NCBI GenBank assembly: GCA_024278765.1
Contig: JAJRSM010000034.1
Span: 12,051 to 76,050 of the forward strand
Reading direction: 5' to 3'
Origin: Deltaproteobacteria bacterium
GTDB lineage: Bacteria > Desulfobacterota > GWC2-55-46 > DRQE01
DNA length: 64,000 nucleotides
A program made the position numbers and the translations under genes. Under the pieces are notes generated by a model that searched no databases, was not told the DNA's origin, and was given only the letters and a program-made list of their open reading frames with translations. How positions within the stretch are numbered: position 1 is the stretch's first letter; each line of letters starts with the position of its first letter. Below, in pieces: positions 19,056 to 28,767 of this stretch.

Positions 19056-21746
19056 TTACAGAGTGCCTTGCGGCAAGGTGTTTTCTTCTTCCTGAGTCTC
19101 GTCTGTCCTAGGTGAGACCCTGGGTGATTGAAGGGGATCGGGCTCTGACTCAGGTGCGTCAATATCATCATAATCTTCGATGAAGGACTCGGTAGGAGTC
19201 TCTGTCGGTGCTTCCTCTGCGTCTATCATAAAGAAGTCGTCTTCGCTTGGCGTATCTACAGTGGGCGATACGCTGGTCGGTGTTGTGCCTGTCTTAAAGA
19301 CCTCAAAGAGGGCCTCTTTTGTAGATGAACTGGCCAGTAGTCCTGTCTCTTTGTCTATTCTTACGAACTCAACGCCGTCGGGGATCGGGAAGTTCTCTGG
19401 CGGTACGTCTTCCAAGGCTTTTTTCATGAACTTTACCCAGATTGGTGCTGCGGCTTTTGAGCCGGTCTCGTTCTTGCCAAGCGGCTTTTCATTGTCGTGT
19501 CCAAACCACACGCCTGCCACCAGATTTGGAACGTAGCCCATAAACCATGCGTCATTGAGGTTGTTGGTAGTTCCTGTCTTACCGGCTGCGGGTCGTTTAA
19601 GTGCGCGTGCCCTCCAGCCTGTGCCGTTCTCGACTACACCTTGTAAGAGGTTGGACATGAGGTAGGCCGTCTGTGGGCTTATGACCTCTTCTGATACCGG
19701 TGTGTTTTCTTCCAGCGTGTTGCCGTAACGGTCAAGTATCTTTGTAATGTATATTGGCTCGGTACGTACTCCGAGGTTTGCAATTGTGCTAAATACGCGT
19801 GTCATCTCCATAAGTGTTACGGCAGACGAGCCAAGGGCCAGCGAGAGATCTGGTGCTAGCTCTGAATCTATGCCGAGTTTTCTTGCGGTCTCGATTGCTT
19901 TTCTAACGCCGACGTCACGCAGGACCTTGATGGTAACGACGTTGCGGGACTTTGCCAGAGCTTGCCTGATGGTGGTAGGGCCGTGGAACTTCTTCTCAAA
20001 GTTTCTGGGCGTCCAGTCCCATGTCTCAGGCTCTTCTTCTTCGGCCAGCAGCTTGGTGGCATCCGGGTCAATAATTTCAACACCGTTTTCGTCTAGTTCC
20101 GGCTCTGGTTCTTTTTTTTGTACGATTTCTTCAAAGACGATAGGCGAATCTACTACGATAGTAGCAGGGGTATAGTCGCCGTCAAGGGCTGTAACGTAAG
20201 TGATCGGTTTAAAGGCAGAGCCGGGTTGGCGTTTTGCCTGAATGACGCGGTTAAACTGGGTCTTTTTAAATGATGAACCACCGACCATGGCCTTGACGTA
20301 TCCGGTAGACGGCTCTATTGCGACAAGGGCAGCCTCGGCCAGTGGCTCTTGGACGAGTCTAAGGTAGATCGGTGGCAGGTCTTTTATCGGTGTCTCAACC
20401 TGCGCAGGCTCTTCATTCGAGCCGGTACTCTCGCCGTGTATCGTTGCGATCTTCGGTTCAACGGGCTCTTTTGGCTCGGGGATGTAGCGGACCTTTACAT
20501 TTATAACATCGCCCGGGTTAAAGAGGGTAAGCGGATCTACGATCTTACCGCCGTCTGGGTCAAGCTTTGGGTTGGGGTTATATAGTTTTGCCCATGCAAA
20601 GTTTCTGTATTTTATCTTGGCCTTTCGGCTGCCGACGGTTACGTGGATGATCTTTCTTCTTGGGTCTACCGACCTTACCACGCCCTGGTAAACGCTGTTG
20701 AGCTTTAGCGGGTTACGCAGGAGCTTGCGGTCCATCTCTTTGCTGAAGAGCTTGATATCTTTTTCTTCGGTAAGGGTAAAGATAGGTCCTCTGTAGCCAC
20801 GCCTGCGTTCATAGCCCCTGAGCCCGTAATCTACGGCCTCGTTTGCGGCGCGTTGCATATTAATGTCAAGGGTCGTAAAGATGTGTAGTCCGCCTTGATA
20901 CAAGAGGTCTTTTCCGTAGTTATTTTCAACGTAGCGTCTGACGTGCTCGGTAAAGTAAGGGGCGACCCATAGGTTCTGGTTGCGTTTTGGCTTTAGGATA
21001 ATGTTGCGGTTCAGTGCGTTGTCGGCCTGATCTCTGCTTATATAGTTTTCTTCAACCATGCGCTGGATGACGAATTTCTGTCGTTTTCGGGCGAGTTTCG
21101 GGTTCTGATAAGGCGAGTAATTGCTGGGTGCTTTAGGAAGGCCTGCCAGCAGAGCGCTCTCGGCTATATCGAGGTCTTCGACATCTTTACCGTAATAGGA
21201 CTCGGCAGCGGCCTGAATGCCGTATGCTCCGCTGCCAAAGTAGATCTGGTTGAGGTAGAGGTAGAGGATATCTTCTTTAGAGAGGCGTTTTTCAATGCGG
21301 TAGGCTAAAATTGCTTCTTTTACCTTTCGCACCACCCGGCGCTCGGGAGAGAGAAAGAAGCTCTTGGCGACCTGCTGGGTTATGGTGCTTCCGCCCTGGA
21401 CGATCTTACCGGCGCTCATATTTTTATAGAAGGCCCTGACAATACTCAGGTAATCGATACCTTTGTGTTGAAAGAACTTTGCGTCTTCGGCAGCCAGGAA
21501 GGCTTTTAAGAGGTGGTCTGGGATCTTATTTAGCGCTACGACCTTTCTTCGTTCAATGTAGTACTCGCCGATGATGCTACCGTCTCTGGAGTAGACCTTT
21601 GTTATGAGGTTTGGGCGGTATTCATCCAGTGCCTCAATATGTGGGAGGTTTCGGGTAAAGATAAAGTAGGAGGAAGCTGCCAGTACTAAAGGAAGTACCA
21701 CGAAGATTCCGAGAATGTAGAGTGTTATCTTTTTTAGGCGTTGCAT
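19056..21746 (-). CDS. mrcA: Penicillin-binding protein 1A (bifunctional glycosyltransferase/transpeptidase) with acidic low-complexity C-terminal tail
   Basis: 896 aa; N-terminal TM segment, GT51 motifs ('EDAKFFQHKGID', 'GGSTITQQVAK'), and a transpeptidase SxxK ('SAFKP'). Confidence 0.9.
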   Translation of the reverse strand: MQRLKKITLYILGIFVVLPLVLAASSYFIFTRNLPHIEALDEYRPNLITKVYSRDGSIIGEYYIERRKVVALNKIPDHLLKAFLAAEDAKFFQHKGIDYLSIVRAFYKNMSAGKIVQGGSTITQQVAKSFFLSPERRVVRKVKEAILAYRIEKRLSKEDILYLYLNQIYFGSGAYGIQAAAESYYGKDVEDLDIAESALLAGLPKAPSNYSPYQNPKLARKRQKFVIQRMVEENYISRDQADNALNRNIILKPKRNQNLWVAPYFTEHVRRYVENNYGKDLLYQGGLHIFTTLDINMQRAANEAVDYGLRGYERRRGYRGPIFTLTEEKDIKLFSKEMDRKLLRNPLKLNSVYQGVVRSVDPRRKIIHVTVGSRKAKIKYRNFAWAKLYNPNPKLDPDGGKIVDPLTLFNPGDVINVKVRYIPEPKEPVEPKIATIHGESTGSNEEPAQVETPIKDLPPIYLRLVQEPLAEAALVAIEPSTGYVKAMVGGSSFKKTQFNRVIQAKRQPGSAFKPITYVTALDGDYTPATIVVDSPIVFEEIVQKKEPEPELDENGVEIIDPDATKLLAEEEEPETWDWTPRNFEKKFHGPTTIRQALAKSRNVVTIKVLRDVGVRKAIETARKLGIDSELAPDLSLALGSSAVTLMEMTRVFSTIANLGVRTEPIYITKILDRYGNTLEENTPVSEEVISPQTAYLMSNLLQGVVENGTGWRARALKRPAAGKTGTTNNLNDAWFMGYVPNLVAGVWFGHDNEKPLGKNETGSKAAAPIWVKFMKKALEDVPPENFPIPDGVEFVRIDKETGLLASSSTKEALFEVFKTGTTPTSVSPTVDTPSEDDFFMIDAEEAPTETPTESFIEDYDDIDAPESEPDPLQSPRVSPRTDETQEEENTLPQGTL

Positions 21747-21885
21747 AACCTAGGCAATATAACAAAAACCAGGGGCTTTAGCAAGGCGGTATTTTTACCG
21801 CTTTAGTTTTTAATTCCGGCCGTTTTCGGTCTCTAACACCTTAAGTATGTTGAAAAAAAGGACTATTTGAGGTAGAGTTGAAGCT

Positions 21886-24090
21886 ATGGTTAGGTTAGAG
21901 GATATTCTGGATAAGGTCGCGGCATATAACCCGGCGGCCGATCTTGAGATTATAAAGAAAGCGTATGTCTTCTCGGCAAAGGTCCATCACGGTCAAAATC
22001 GTCGTTCTGGTGAGCCTTACCTGACCCATCCGCTGGAGGTAGCGTCTCTGCTTGCCGACCTTAAGATGGATATCTCGGTTATCGCCACAGGTCTTTTGCA
22101 CGATACAATAGAGGATACCCATACAACGGTTGAGAAGATCCAGGAGCTGTTTGGCGACGAGGTCGCGGTCCTTGTCGATGGCCTTACAAAGCTTAGTCGC
22201 TTAAGCTTTGATAAGAAGCAGGATAGAGAGGCCGAGAACTTTCGTAAGATGATCCTTGCGATGAGTAAAGATATGCGGATAGTGCTTATAAAGCTTGCCG
22301 ATAGGCTTCACAACATGCGCACGCTCGATGCGATGACCCCGGATAAGCAATGTAGAATTGCAAAAGAGACCCTTGATATATACGCCCCTCTGGCCAACCG
22401 GCTAGGGATTGGCTGGATAAAGACCGAGCTTGAGGATCTGGCTTTTAAGTACATGGAGCCTGAGAAGTACCGCTGGCTGGAAGCCCTTGTAATGAAGAGA
22501 AAGGACGAGCGTGAGGTCTTTATCGGTAAGATAAAGGACTCGGTTACCGCTAAGCTTAGTGAAGAAAATATCAATTGCGAGGTCAGCGGCAGGGTAAAGC
22601 ATCTTTACAGTATCTATAGCAAGATGACCTCGCAGGGCCTTGAGTTCGACGATATTCACGATATTTTGGCCTTTAGGATCACGGTTGAGAGCCTTGGTGA
22701 GTGTTACGGCGTGGGGGGCCTTGTTCACTCGATGTGGAAGCCGGTGCCGGGCAGGTTTAAGGACTATATTGCTCTGCCTAAAAACAACGGCTATCAGTCC
22801 TTACATACAACGGTCGTTGGCCCCGGCGGCGACCGTATGGAATTTCAGATCAGGAGCGAGCAGATGCACAGGGTCTCGGAGCACGGCGTGGCCTCTCACT
22901 GGAAGTATAAGGATGCGGATGCAGTCGGATCTAGGCATGATAAGAGCTTTGGTTGGCTCAGACAACTGATAGAGTGGCAAAGAGATGTTACTGATTCTTA
23001 CGAGTTTTTGGAGACGCTGAAGGTCGATCTCTTCCCTGAAGACGTCTTTATTTTTACTCCGCAGGGGGAGATAAAGGTCTTTCCCGTAGGGGCTACGCCT
23101 GTTGATTTGGCATATAATATCCATACTGATGTCGGCAACCAGTGCGCTGGGGCAAAGGTAAATGGGCGGCTCGTCCCGCTCAAGCAGGTCCTGAAGAACG
23201 GCGATATCGTAGAGGTCATAACCTCTCCGCTTCAGATGCCCGGTAAGGACTGGCTGGAATTTGTGGTTACTTCAAGGGCGAGAGGACGGATAAGGCAGTG
23301 GATAAAGGCCGAGGAGCGGGGCAAAAGCCTGGAGCTTGGTCGTGATATATGCGAGAGCGGTTTTAAAAAATATGATCTGAGTTTTCAGCATCAGTTCGAT
23401 GCAGGCCTGCTGGTTAAGGTGGCAAGAGATGATCTGGGTTTTGATGATGTCGATGCCATGCTTATTCAAGTGGGGTACGGTAAGTTGTCGGTTAGGCAGA
23501 TTCTTACTAAACTTCTGCCCGAGAAGAAACTTGCCGCAAAAGACGCTGTTAAGGTATCGATGTTTGGTAAGGTCTTCGGGCGTTTTAAGGGCGGGCAAAG
23601 GCGCAGTAAGGACGGGGTCGTTATAAAGGGCATTGAGGACGTTATGGTACACTTTGCAAAGTGCTGTAACCCTCTGCCGGGTGATGATATCGCCGGTTTT
23701 ATAACGGATGGTAAGGGGATAAGCGTGCACCACGTGACGTGCCGCAATATATTAGATATTGATAGTGACCGTCGTATAGACGTAAAGTGGGAGAAAGACA
23801 GCAAGGTGTTGCGCCCGGTCCAGATCGAGGTCGTCTGTAAGGACGAGAAGGGGCTTTTGGTTGAAATGAGTAGCGCGATAATGGCGGCAGATGCCAATAT
23901 ACTGAGTGCACAGATAAAGACTACGCTCGACAATAGGGCGGCATGTACCTTTGAGGTCGGTGTTAATAGCACGGATCATCTGAAGAGTATTATAGCCTCG
24001 CTGCAAAAGGTAAAGAAGGTTATCCGCGTTGAAAGAGTCAGAGGGTTTGGCACATTAGGTGCCGGTAAGCGGATATCACGCGCAAAATAG
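21886..24090 (+). CDS. rel: Bifunctional (p)ppGpp synthetase/hydrolase (RelA/SpoT homologue)
   Basis: 734 aa; HD domain ('HHGQNRRSGEPYLTHPLEVA'), synthetase domain, TGS and ACT C-terminal domains. Confidence 0.95.
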   Translation: MVRLEDILDKVAAYNPAADLEIIKKAYVFSAKVHHGQNRRSGEPYLTHPLEVASLLADLKMDISVIATGLLHDTIEDTHTTVEKIQELFGDEVAVLVDGLTKLSRLSFDKKQDREAENFRKMILAMSKDMRIVLIKLADRLHNMRTLDAMTPDKQCRIAKETLDIYAPLANRLGIGWIKTELEDLAFKYMEPEKYRWLEALVMKRKDEREVFIGKIKDSVTAKLSEENINCEVSGRVKHLYSIYSKMTSQGLEFDDIHDILAFRITVESLGECYGVGGLVHSMWKPVPGRFKDYIALPKNNGYQSLHTTVVGPGGDRMEFQIRSEQMHRVSEHGVASHWKYKDADAVGSRHDKSFGWLRQLIEWQRDVTDSYEFLETLKVDLFPEDVFIFTPQGEIKVFPVGATPVDLAYNIHTDVGNQCAGAKVNGRLVPLKQVLKNGDIVEVITSPLQMPGKDWLEFVVTSRARGRIRQWIKAEERGKSLELGRDICESGFKKYDLSFQHQFDAGLLVKVARDDLGFDDVDAMLIQVGYGKLSVRQILTKLLPEKKLAAKDAVKVSMFGKVFGRFKGGQRRSKDGVVIKGIEDVMVHFAKCCNPLPGDDIAGFITDGKGISVHHVTCRNILDIDSDRRIDVKWEKDSKVLRPVQIEVVCKDEKGLLVEMSSAIMAADANILSAQIKTTLDNRAACTFEVGVNSTDHLKSIIASLQKVKKVIRVERVRGFGTLGAGKRISRAK

Positions 24091-24100
24091 GGGGTCTGTA

Positions 24101-24487
24101 GTGGCGGCAAAAGAGGTGAAGACAAGTAACGCACCTGGGGCGATAGGCCCTTATTCCCAAGCAGTCATCGCCGGTGGTCTTCTGTTTGTATCTGGGCAGA
24201 TCCCTATAATCCCTGAGAGCGGAGAGCTTGTTACAGGCAGCAGTGCTGATCAGGCACGGCGAGTTCTTGAAAATCTAAGGGCTGTTGTAGAGGCCGGTGG
24301 TGTCTCTATGCGCGATATCGTCAAGACCACGATATACCTGACAGACCTTTCTGATTTTGCCGCTGTAAATGAGGTCTATGGTGAGTTCTTCACTGAGCCT
24401 TACCCGGCCAGAGCGACCGTTGAGGTAAGCTCACTTCCAAATGGCGTAGCGGTCGAGATAGATGCCGTTGCCTGCCTTGCCAAATGA
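24101..24487 (+). CDS. ridA: RidA (YjgF/TdcF) reactive-intermediate deaminase
   Basis: 'SNAPGAIGPYSQAV...GQIP' RidA signature. Chosen start is GTG 24101 after an AGGGGG RBS (the ORF track starts at 24059 inside rel). Gives about 128 aa, the typical length. Confidence 0.85.
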   Translation: MAAKEVKTSNAPGAIGPYSQAVIAGGLLFVSGQIPIIPESGELVTGSSADQARRVLENLRAVVEAGGVSMRDIVKTTIYLTDLSDFAAVNEVYGEFFTEPYPARATVEVSSLPNGVAVEIDAVACLAK

Positions 24488-24549
24488 CAGGCCTCTTTGT
24501 TAAAGCTTTCCCTGAAATAGACGAAATATAATAGTACAACACTCTTGAT

Positions 24550-24897
24550 TTGATTTGCAGGTTGAACGTACTGTTAATATCTGTCTTTGCAATTAGCGTC
24601 CCTATCTTAAATGATAATTTCAGGTCTAATTGGGATCTGTCTTCCAGTAGAGCGGGAAGTCTGGTTAGTTATTTTGTAGAGAAAGCCGGCTTACCCCCCG
24701 AGCGTTTTACTGCCACCGGAATTTCACAGTACCGCCCTATAGCCAGCAACGCAACCTCTGAGGGCAGGGCCGCCAATAGAAGGGTCGAGATAAAGCTGTC
24801 GGCCCAGTATCTACTGTTGGCTCAGCAGGCGTTGGTCTTAAGGTTAGCAAATTTGTTTTTGTCCATGATAGAAATGAAAAAGCCCCGATTCAGGTGA
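24550..24897 (+). pseudogene. Remnant of a MotB/OmpA-family C-terminal peptidoglycan-binding domain (last ~85 aa only)
   Basis: 'ISVPILNDNFRSNWDLSSSRAG...NATSEGRAANRRVEIKL' matches the end of MotB/OmpA_C. Upstream in frame are TAA and TAG stops, then ridA, so the domain N-terminus and the whole N-terminal part of the protein are absent. Confidence 0.4.
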
Positions 24898-24908
24898 ATC
24901 GGGGCTTT
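24877..24908 (-). terminator. Rho-independent terminator for rpmB (stem GCCCCGATTC/GAATCGGGGC, U5 on the minus strand)
   Basis: 10-bp perfect stem, 4-nt loop, with the A5 on + giving a T5 on the minus strand. Confidence 0.7.
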
Positions 24909-24935
24909 GATATTAGATCTATTAAGCAGGGAGCT

Positions 24936-25124
24936 TTAGGCGGCCTTTGTCGTAGCTGAGCGTATGCAGCGACTGCATGCCTTAACTCTCTTTGAGACGC
25001 CGTTTTTGATAACCGTAGTCTTTTGTAGGTTCACATTCCATCTTCTCTTTGTCTTATTATGTGCGTGACTGACGTTGTTGCCTGTTGCCGGTCCTTTACC
25101 GCACATCTCACACTTTGCTGCCAT
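24936..25124 (-). CDS. rpmB: 50S ribosomal protein L28
   Basis: 62 aa; '[30 protein letters not shown]' is the L28 signature. Confidence 0.9.
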   Translation of the reverse strand: MAAKCEMCGKGPATGNNVSHAHNKTKRRWNVNLQKTTVIKNGVSKRVKACSRCIRSATTKAA

Positions 25125-25227
25125 TGTCTTCCTCCATACTCTTTCTTTGTCTCTGATATTGATTACACAACTGAATCATATTTTTTAACACAGGGGCGTT
25201 GCCTTTGCAAGGATAATATGGCTTTTA

Positions 25228-25911
25228 TTATATTTCTATACTTTGCCCCGGCTTTATAATCTCTACCGCGACATCAAAGTCCGAGAGTTTATCTTTGAAC
25301 TCTTCTGGATCTTGTTTAATAAGGTCAAAGGTATTGTAATGCATCGGGATTACTGTCTTTGGCTTTATCAGTGCCACGGCCTTAACAGCGTCGTCTATGC
25401 CCATTGTAAAGTTATCGCCAATTGGCAGAAGTGCGCAATCCACAGGGCCGATCAAGGCCATATCAGAGAAGAGGCCGGTATCTCCGGCGTGGTATACGCT
25501 CTTGCCATTCATCGTAACGACAAAGCCGCAGGGATTGCCGACCGTCTGAGACGGGTCACCGCCAGCCCCAGTACCTGTAGTTGACCCGTGGAAGGCGATT
25601 GTTAGTTTGATCCTGCCAAATGGAAAGTCGTAACCGCCACCTATATGCATGGGGTGGCCTTCTGTGCCGCGTTCAGTACAGTAGTTGACGAGCTCAAACG
25701 GTGCGATGATAGGGGCGTTATTGGCCTTGGCGATCTCTATTGCGTCTCCGAGATGGTCGGCGTGGCCGTGGGTTACCAGGACGGCCTCGACCTTTATATC
25801 CTCTGGTTTTGAGACGGCCTGCGGATTGCCGGTAAGGAACGGGTCTATTATGATCGTGTGCCCGCCTTCTTCAATGGTAAAGCAGGAATGGCCTTGAAAG
25901 GTAATCTTCAT
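25228..25911 (-). CDS. UPF0173 metal-dependent hydrolase (MBL fold)
   Basis: Starts at 'MKITFQGHSCFTIEEGGHTIIIDPFLTGNP' (ATG 25909-25911, AAGGAG RBS). The longer ORF-track start at 26037 lacks support. 'HGHADH' metallo-beta-lactamase motif. Confidence 0.7.
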   Translation of the reverse strand: MKITFQGHSCFTIEEGGHTIIIDPFLTGNPQAVSKPEDIKVEAVLVTHGHADHLGDAIEIAKANNAPIIAPFELVNYCTERGTEGHPMHIGGGYDFPFGRIKLTIAFHGSTTGTGAGGDPSQTVGNPCGFVVTMNGKSVYHAGDTGLFSDMALIGPVDCALLPIGDNFTMGIDDAVKAVALIKPKTVIPMHYNTFDLIKQDPEEFKDKLSDFDVAVEIIKPGQSIEI

Positions 25912-26191
25912 TTGTTGCACTCCTTTTGTTTTTTTGTTGTTATGCTGAACTTGTTTCAGCATCTGTTTTGTTTTTTGTCGAATAAAGACAGATCCTGAAA
26001 TAGATCTCGTAGCCGTTTTAGATGGTCGGGATGACAAGTCTGGTATGTCTTTTGTATATTGTCGTAGCTGTCTGAGACGGTTTATCGCCAGTCTGGGACA
26101 GGTTGTCGTTATTATCTATTTTCATGTTACGTTAGTACTTTGAAGTTACTACAAAAATGGTGCTGAGGCAAGTAATCTTGAAGGGTTTTTG

Positions 26192-26668
26192 TTACGAGAT
26201 GCCGATGGTCTCTATATTATTTAGCCTGAGCAGTGCGGTCGTAACGCCCGAGCCTTCGCAGTCTTTATTACCTTTCTTTATGACAGTTACTCCGCAGGAC
26301 GGGCTCTTTTCCTTTAGATAAGCCCGAGTCGCAAGGTTCTCCCGTGCTATGCGCAGGGTCTCTTCTGCACCTTTGATGAAGCTTTCGGTAGTGTCTTTGC
26401 TGTTTACGTTCATAACTCTAGCCTTCCCGTCCAATACAGAGGCCCCGTCTGTGTTTCCTATTATTGAGCCGCCGTCGCCTGATCCTTTTATCTCGGCAGC
26501 CGGGCGAGGCGTGCCGAGCCCTCCCAGCTCTTCCGGGCAGACGGCAATGACGACCTTGCCGGCAAGCTTACTTATAAGGTCGTCGTTTTTAGAATGCCCG
26601 CCATCGTAACGCGTCGGTCTGCCGAGCAGGCAGGAGCTTACGATTACTTTCTCAGCTTTTTTTGACAT
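26192..26668 (-). CDS. DUF523 protein (TudS-like [4Fe-4S] thiouracil desulfidase family)
   Basis: 158 aa; the N-terminal 'VSSCLLGRPTRYDGG' is the DUF523 signature. Confidence 0.55.
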   Translation of the reverse strand: MSKKAEKVIVSSCLLGRPTRYDGGHSKNDDLISKLAGKVVIAVCPEELGGLGTPRPAAEIKGSGDGGSIIGNTDGASVLDGKARVMNVNSKDTTESFIKGAEETLRIARENLATRAYLKEKSPSCGVTVIKKGNKDCEGSGVTTALLRLNNIETIGIS

Positions 26669-26717
26669 TAATTATATGGGTTGTGTCTTGCTGCTTATGA
26701 GTTTTTATTTATCAGGT

Positions 26718-27353
26718 CTAGTATGTGCTGGGATCTATAGTCTTCTTTTTTACCACGACCCTGCGCCCTGCGACTTCAAGGCGGCCTTTGCTAAAGAGGC
26801 GGATTGCTTCGGGGTAGATGCGGTGTTCTTCTTTTAGGATGCGTTTGCTCAGGCTCTCGTCGGTGTCGTCGTCTTCTACAGCAACAGCCGCCTGAATAAT
26901 AATCGGGCCGGTATCGACGCCAGCGTCTACAAAATGAACGGTACAGCCTGAGAACTTTACGCCGTAGTCGATTGCCTTCTGCTGAACGCCAAGGCCCGGA
27001 AATGCAGGAAGTAGCGACGGATGGATATTCATTATGCGAAGCGGAAAGGCCTCTATAAGCGGCTTTGTGATGATTCGCATAAAGCCGGCGAGGGCTATGA
27101 GGTCAATACTATTTTCTTTTAAGATCTCGACGACCTTTTTGTCGAAAAGGTCTCTTGTCAGGTAGTCGGCCTTGGTGACGACGGCGGTCTTAATGCCGTG
27201 CTTTTTGGCGCGTTAAAGGGCGTAGGCCCCTGGCCTGTCGCTTAAGACCAGAGCGAGTTCAGCTCCGAGCGTTCCAGCCTCTGCCGCGTCTATTATAGAT
27301 TGCAGGTTTGTTCCGCCCCCAGATGCAAGTACTGCTATCCTAGTCATAGTCAT
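26718..27353 (-). pseudogene. purN: Phosphoribosylglycinamide formyltransferase PurN, reading frame interrupted by a single in-frame TAA (27213-27215) where a Gln codon is expected
   Basis: The minus-strand translation from ATG 27351-27353 (overlapping the purM stop as TAATG) reads MTMTRIAVLASGGGTNLQSIIDAAEAGTLGAELALVLSDRPGAYAL*RAKKHGIKTAVV... and continues in the same frame to 26718 ('NIHPSLLPAFPG' formyltransferase motif). The rest of the protein is intact. Confidence 0.7.
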
Positions 27354-28441
27354 TATTGGTCGCCACTGAGTCTGAGAGCGTGCTGGCCCTTTTTTCTTTC
27401 TTCTATTGTGCCGATCAGGTAGGCTCGTTCGCCGAGCTTTTCAAGCTTGTCGAGTGTCTTCTGCGCATCACGCTTTGCGACGATCAGCACCAGCCCTATG
27501 CCGCAGTTAAAGGCGCGTAGCATCTCTTTTTCATCGATATTACCGCCCTTCTGTATTATATTAAAGATAGGTAGTATTGGCCAAGAGCCTTTCTCGATTA
27601 CGGCCTTTGTGTTGTTCGGCAAAACACGAGGGATGTTTTCAATTATGCCACCGCCGGTTATATGCGAGATGGCCTTGAGCTTTATATCTTTGTTGAGTGC
27701 AAGGACGGTCTTTACGTAGATGCGCGTCGGCGTTAAGAGCTCTGAGCCGATTGTCTTTCTAAGGCCTTTCGGGCGATCTGATAATTTAAGTTTAAGTCTA
27801 TTGAAAATCACCTTTCTGGCAAGCGAGTAGCCGTTGCTATGCAGCCCGCTTGAGGCGATACCTATGATGGAATCACCTGGACGGATTTTTTTGCCGTCTA
27901 TGATCTTTGACTTATCGACGACCCCTACTGAGAAGCCAGCCAGATCATACTCGCCTGCCTCGTAGAGCCCCGGCATCTCGGCTGTCTCTCCGCCTATGAG
28001 TGCGCATCCAGCGTCCTTACAGCCGCGAGCTATGCCTCGCACAACAGCAGCGGCCTTCTTTGCGCGGAGCGAGCCGGTCGAGAAGTAATCAAGGAAGAAT
28101 AAGGGGCGGGCCCCTGTGGTGACGATATCATTTACGCACATCGCTACTAGATCTATGCCGATGCTGTCGTGTTTATCTGCCATAAAGGCGATTTTCAGCT
28201 TTGTGCCGACGCCGTCGGTCCCTGAGATAAGGACCGGGTTTTTAATACCTTTAAAATTGCCGGAAAAAGCCCCGCCAAAGCCGCCTATGCCGCCTATGAC
28301 GCCGCTGGTGTAAGTGCTCTTGGCCAGAGGCTTTATCATCTTAACAAGTCTTTCTCCCTCGGTAATATCCACGCCTGCGTCTTTGTAGGTCATTGTTTTT
28401 TTCATATTAACAAGATTAATCCATGGGCTTTTCAAAGTCAA
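27353..28441 (-). CDS. purM: Phosphoribosylformylglycinamidine cyclo-ligase (AIR synthetase)
   Basis: 'YKDAGVDITEGERLVKMIKP' and 'GGIGGFGGAF' PurM signatures. The true start is probably internal (M13 or M17 of the ORF). Confidence 0.9.
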   Translation of the reverse strand: MTLKSPWINLVNMKKTMTYKDAGVDITEGERLVKMIKPLAKSTYTSGVIGGIGGFGGAFSGNFKGIKNPVLISGTDGVGTKLKIAFMADKHDSIGIDLVAMCVNDIVTTGARPLFFLDYFSTGSLRAKKAAAVVRGIARGCKDAGCALIGGETAEMPGLYEAGEYDLAGFSVGVVDKSKIIDGKKIRPGDSIIGIASSGLHSNGYSLARKVIFNRLKLKLSDRPKGLRKTIGSELLTPTRIYVKTVLALNKDIKLKAISHITGGGIIENIPRVLPNNTKAVIEKGSWPILPIFNIIQKGGNIDEKEMLRAFNCGIGLVLIVAKRDAQKTLDKLEKLGERAYLIGTIEERKKGQHALRLSGDQ

Positions 28442-28755
28442 CGATATTAATACTTAAAATCTTTCATTAAATTGACAGTCTATACCCCTAGAGTGCACAT
28501 AAAACTGGGCGTAGGTGTGGCGATAACTGTGCAGTTTACTTGATTACTTTGCTTGTTAAAGCCCCCTCTAGAATCTAAGTCTTTGTTTTTAAAGGAGTTT
28601 GCCATATGCCAAGAAGTTGGCACAGGTATTGCATTTAAAGTATAAACAGTATATGCGACTTTTTTTGATTTTAGTACTATAAATACATAACATCGCAGAA
28701 ATATCTCCACCAAGCAACATACATTGTTACGACAGTGGGTTTTATGCGAGCAAGA

Positions 28756-28766
28756 GGGGGGGGGGG
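28756..28766. repeat. Homopolymeric G11 tract forming the spoVG ribosome-binding site
   Basis: Read directly: GAG-G11-C-ATG. It makes the ORF track extend the N-terminus artificially (MGFMRARGGGG). Confidence 0.8.
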
Positions 28767-28767
28767 C

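Noticed and set aside
25912-26037. Longer N-terminus (MSSRPSK...) for the UPF0173 hydrolase
   Set aside because: The conserved protein family starts at MKITFQGHS, and that ATG has an AAGGAG RBS, unlike the distal start.
27213-27215. Alternative genetic code (TAA read as Gln) explaining the in-frame TAAs in purN and at 13891-13893
   Set aside because: Many confidently called genes in the window terminate on TAA (for example pssA and purM), and TGA/TAG are also used as stops. A global reassignment is therefore not supported.
28735-28767. N-terminal extension MGFMRARGGGG on SpoVG
   Set aside because: It is an artefact of translating the G11 tract. Canonical SpoVG begins at MQITEV (28768), which has the poly-G as its SD.
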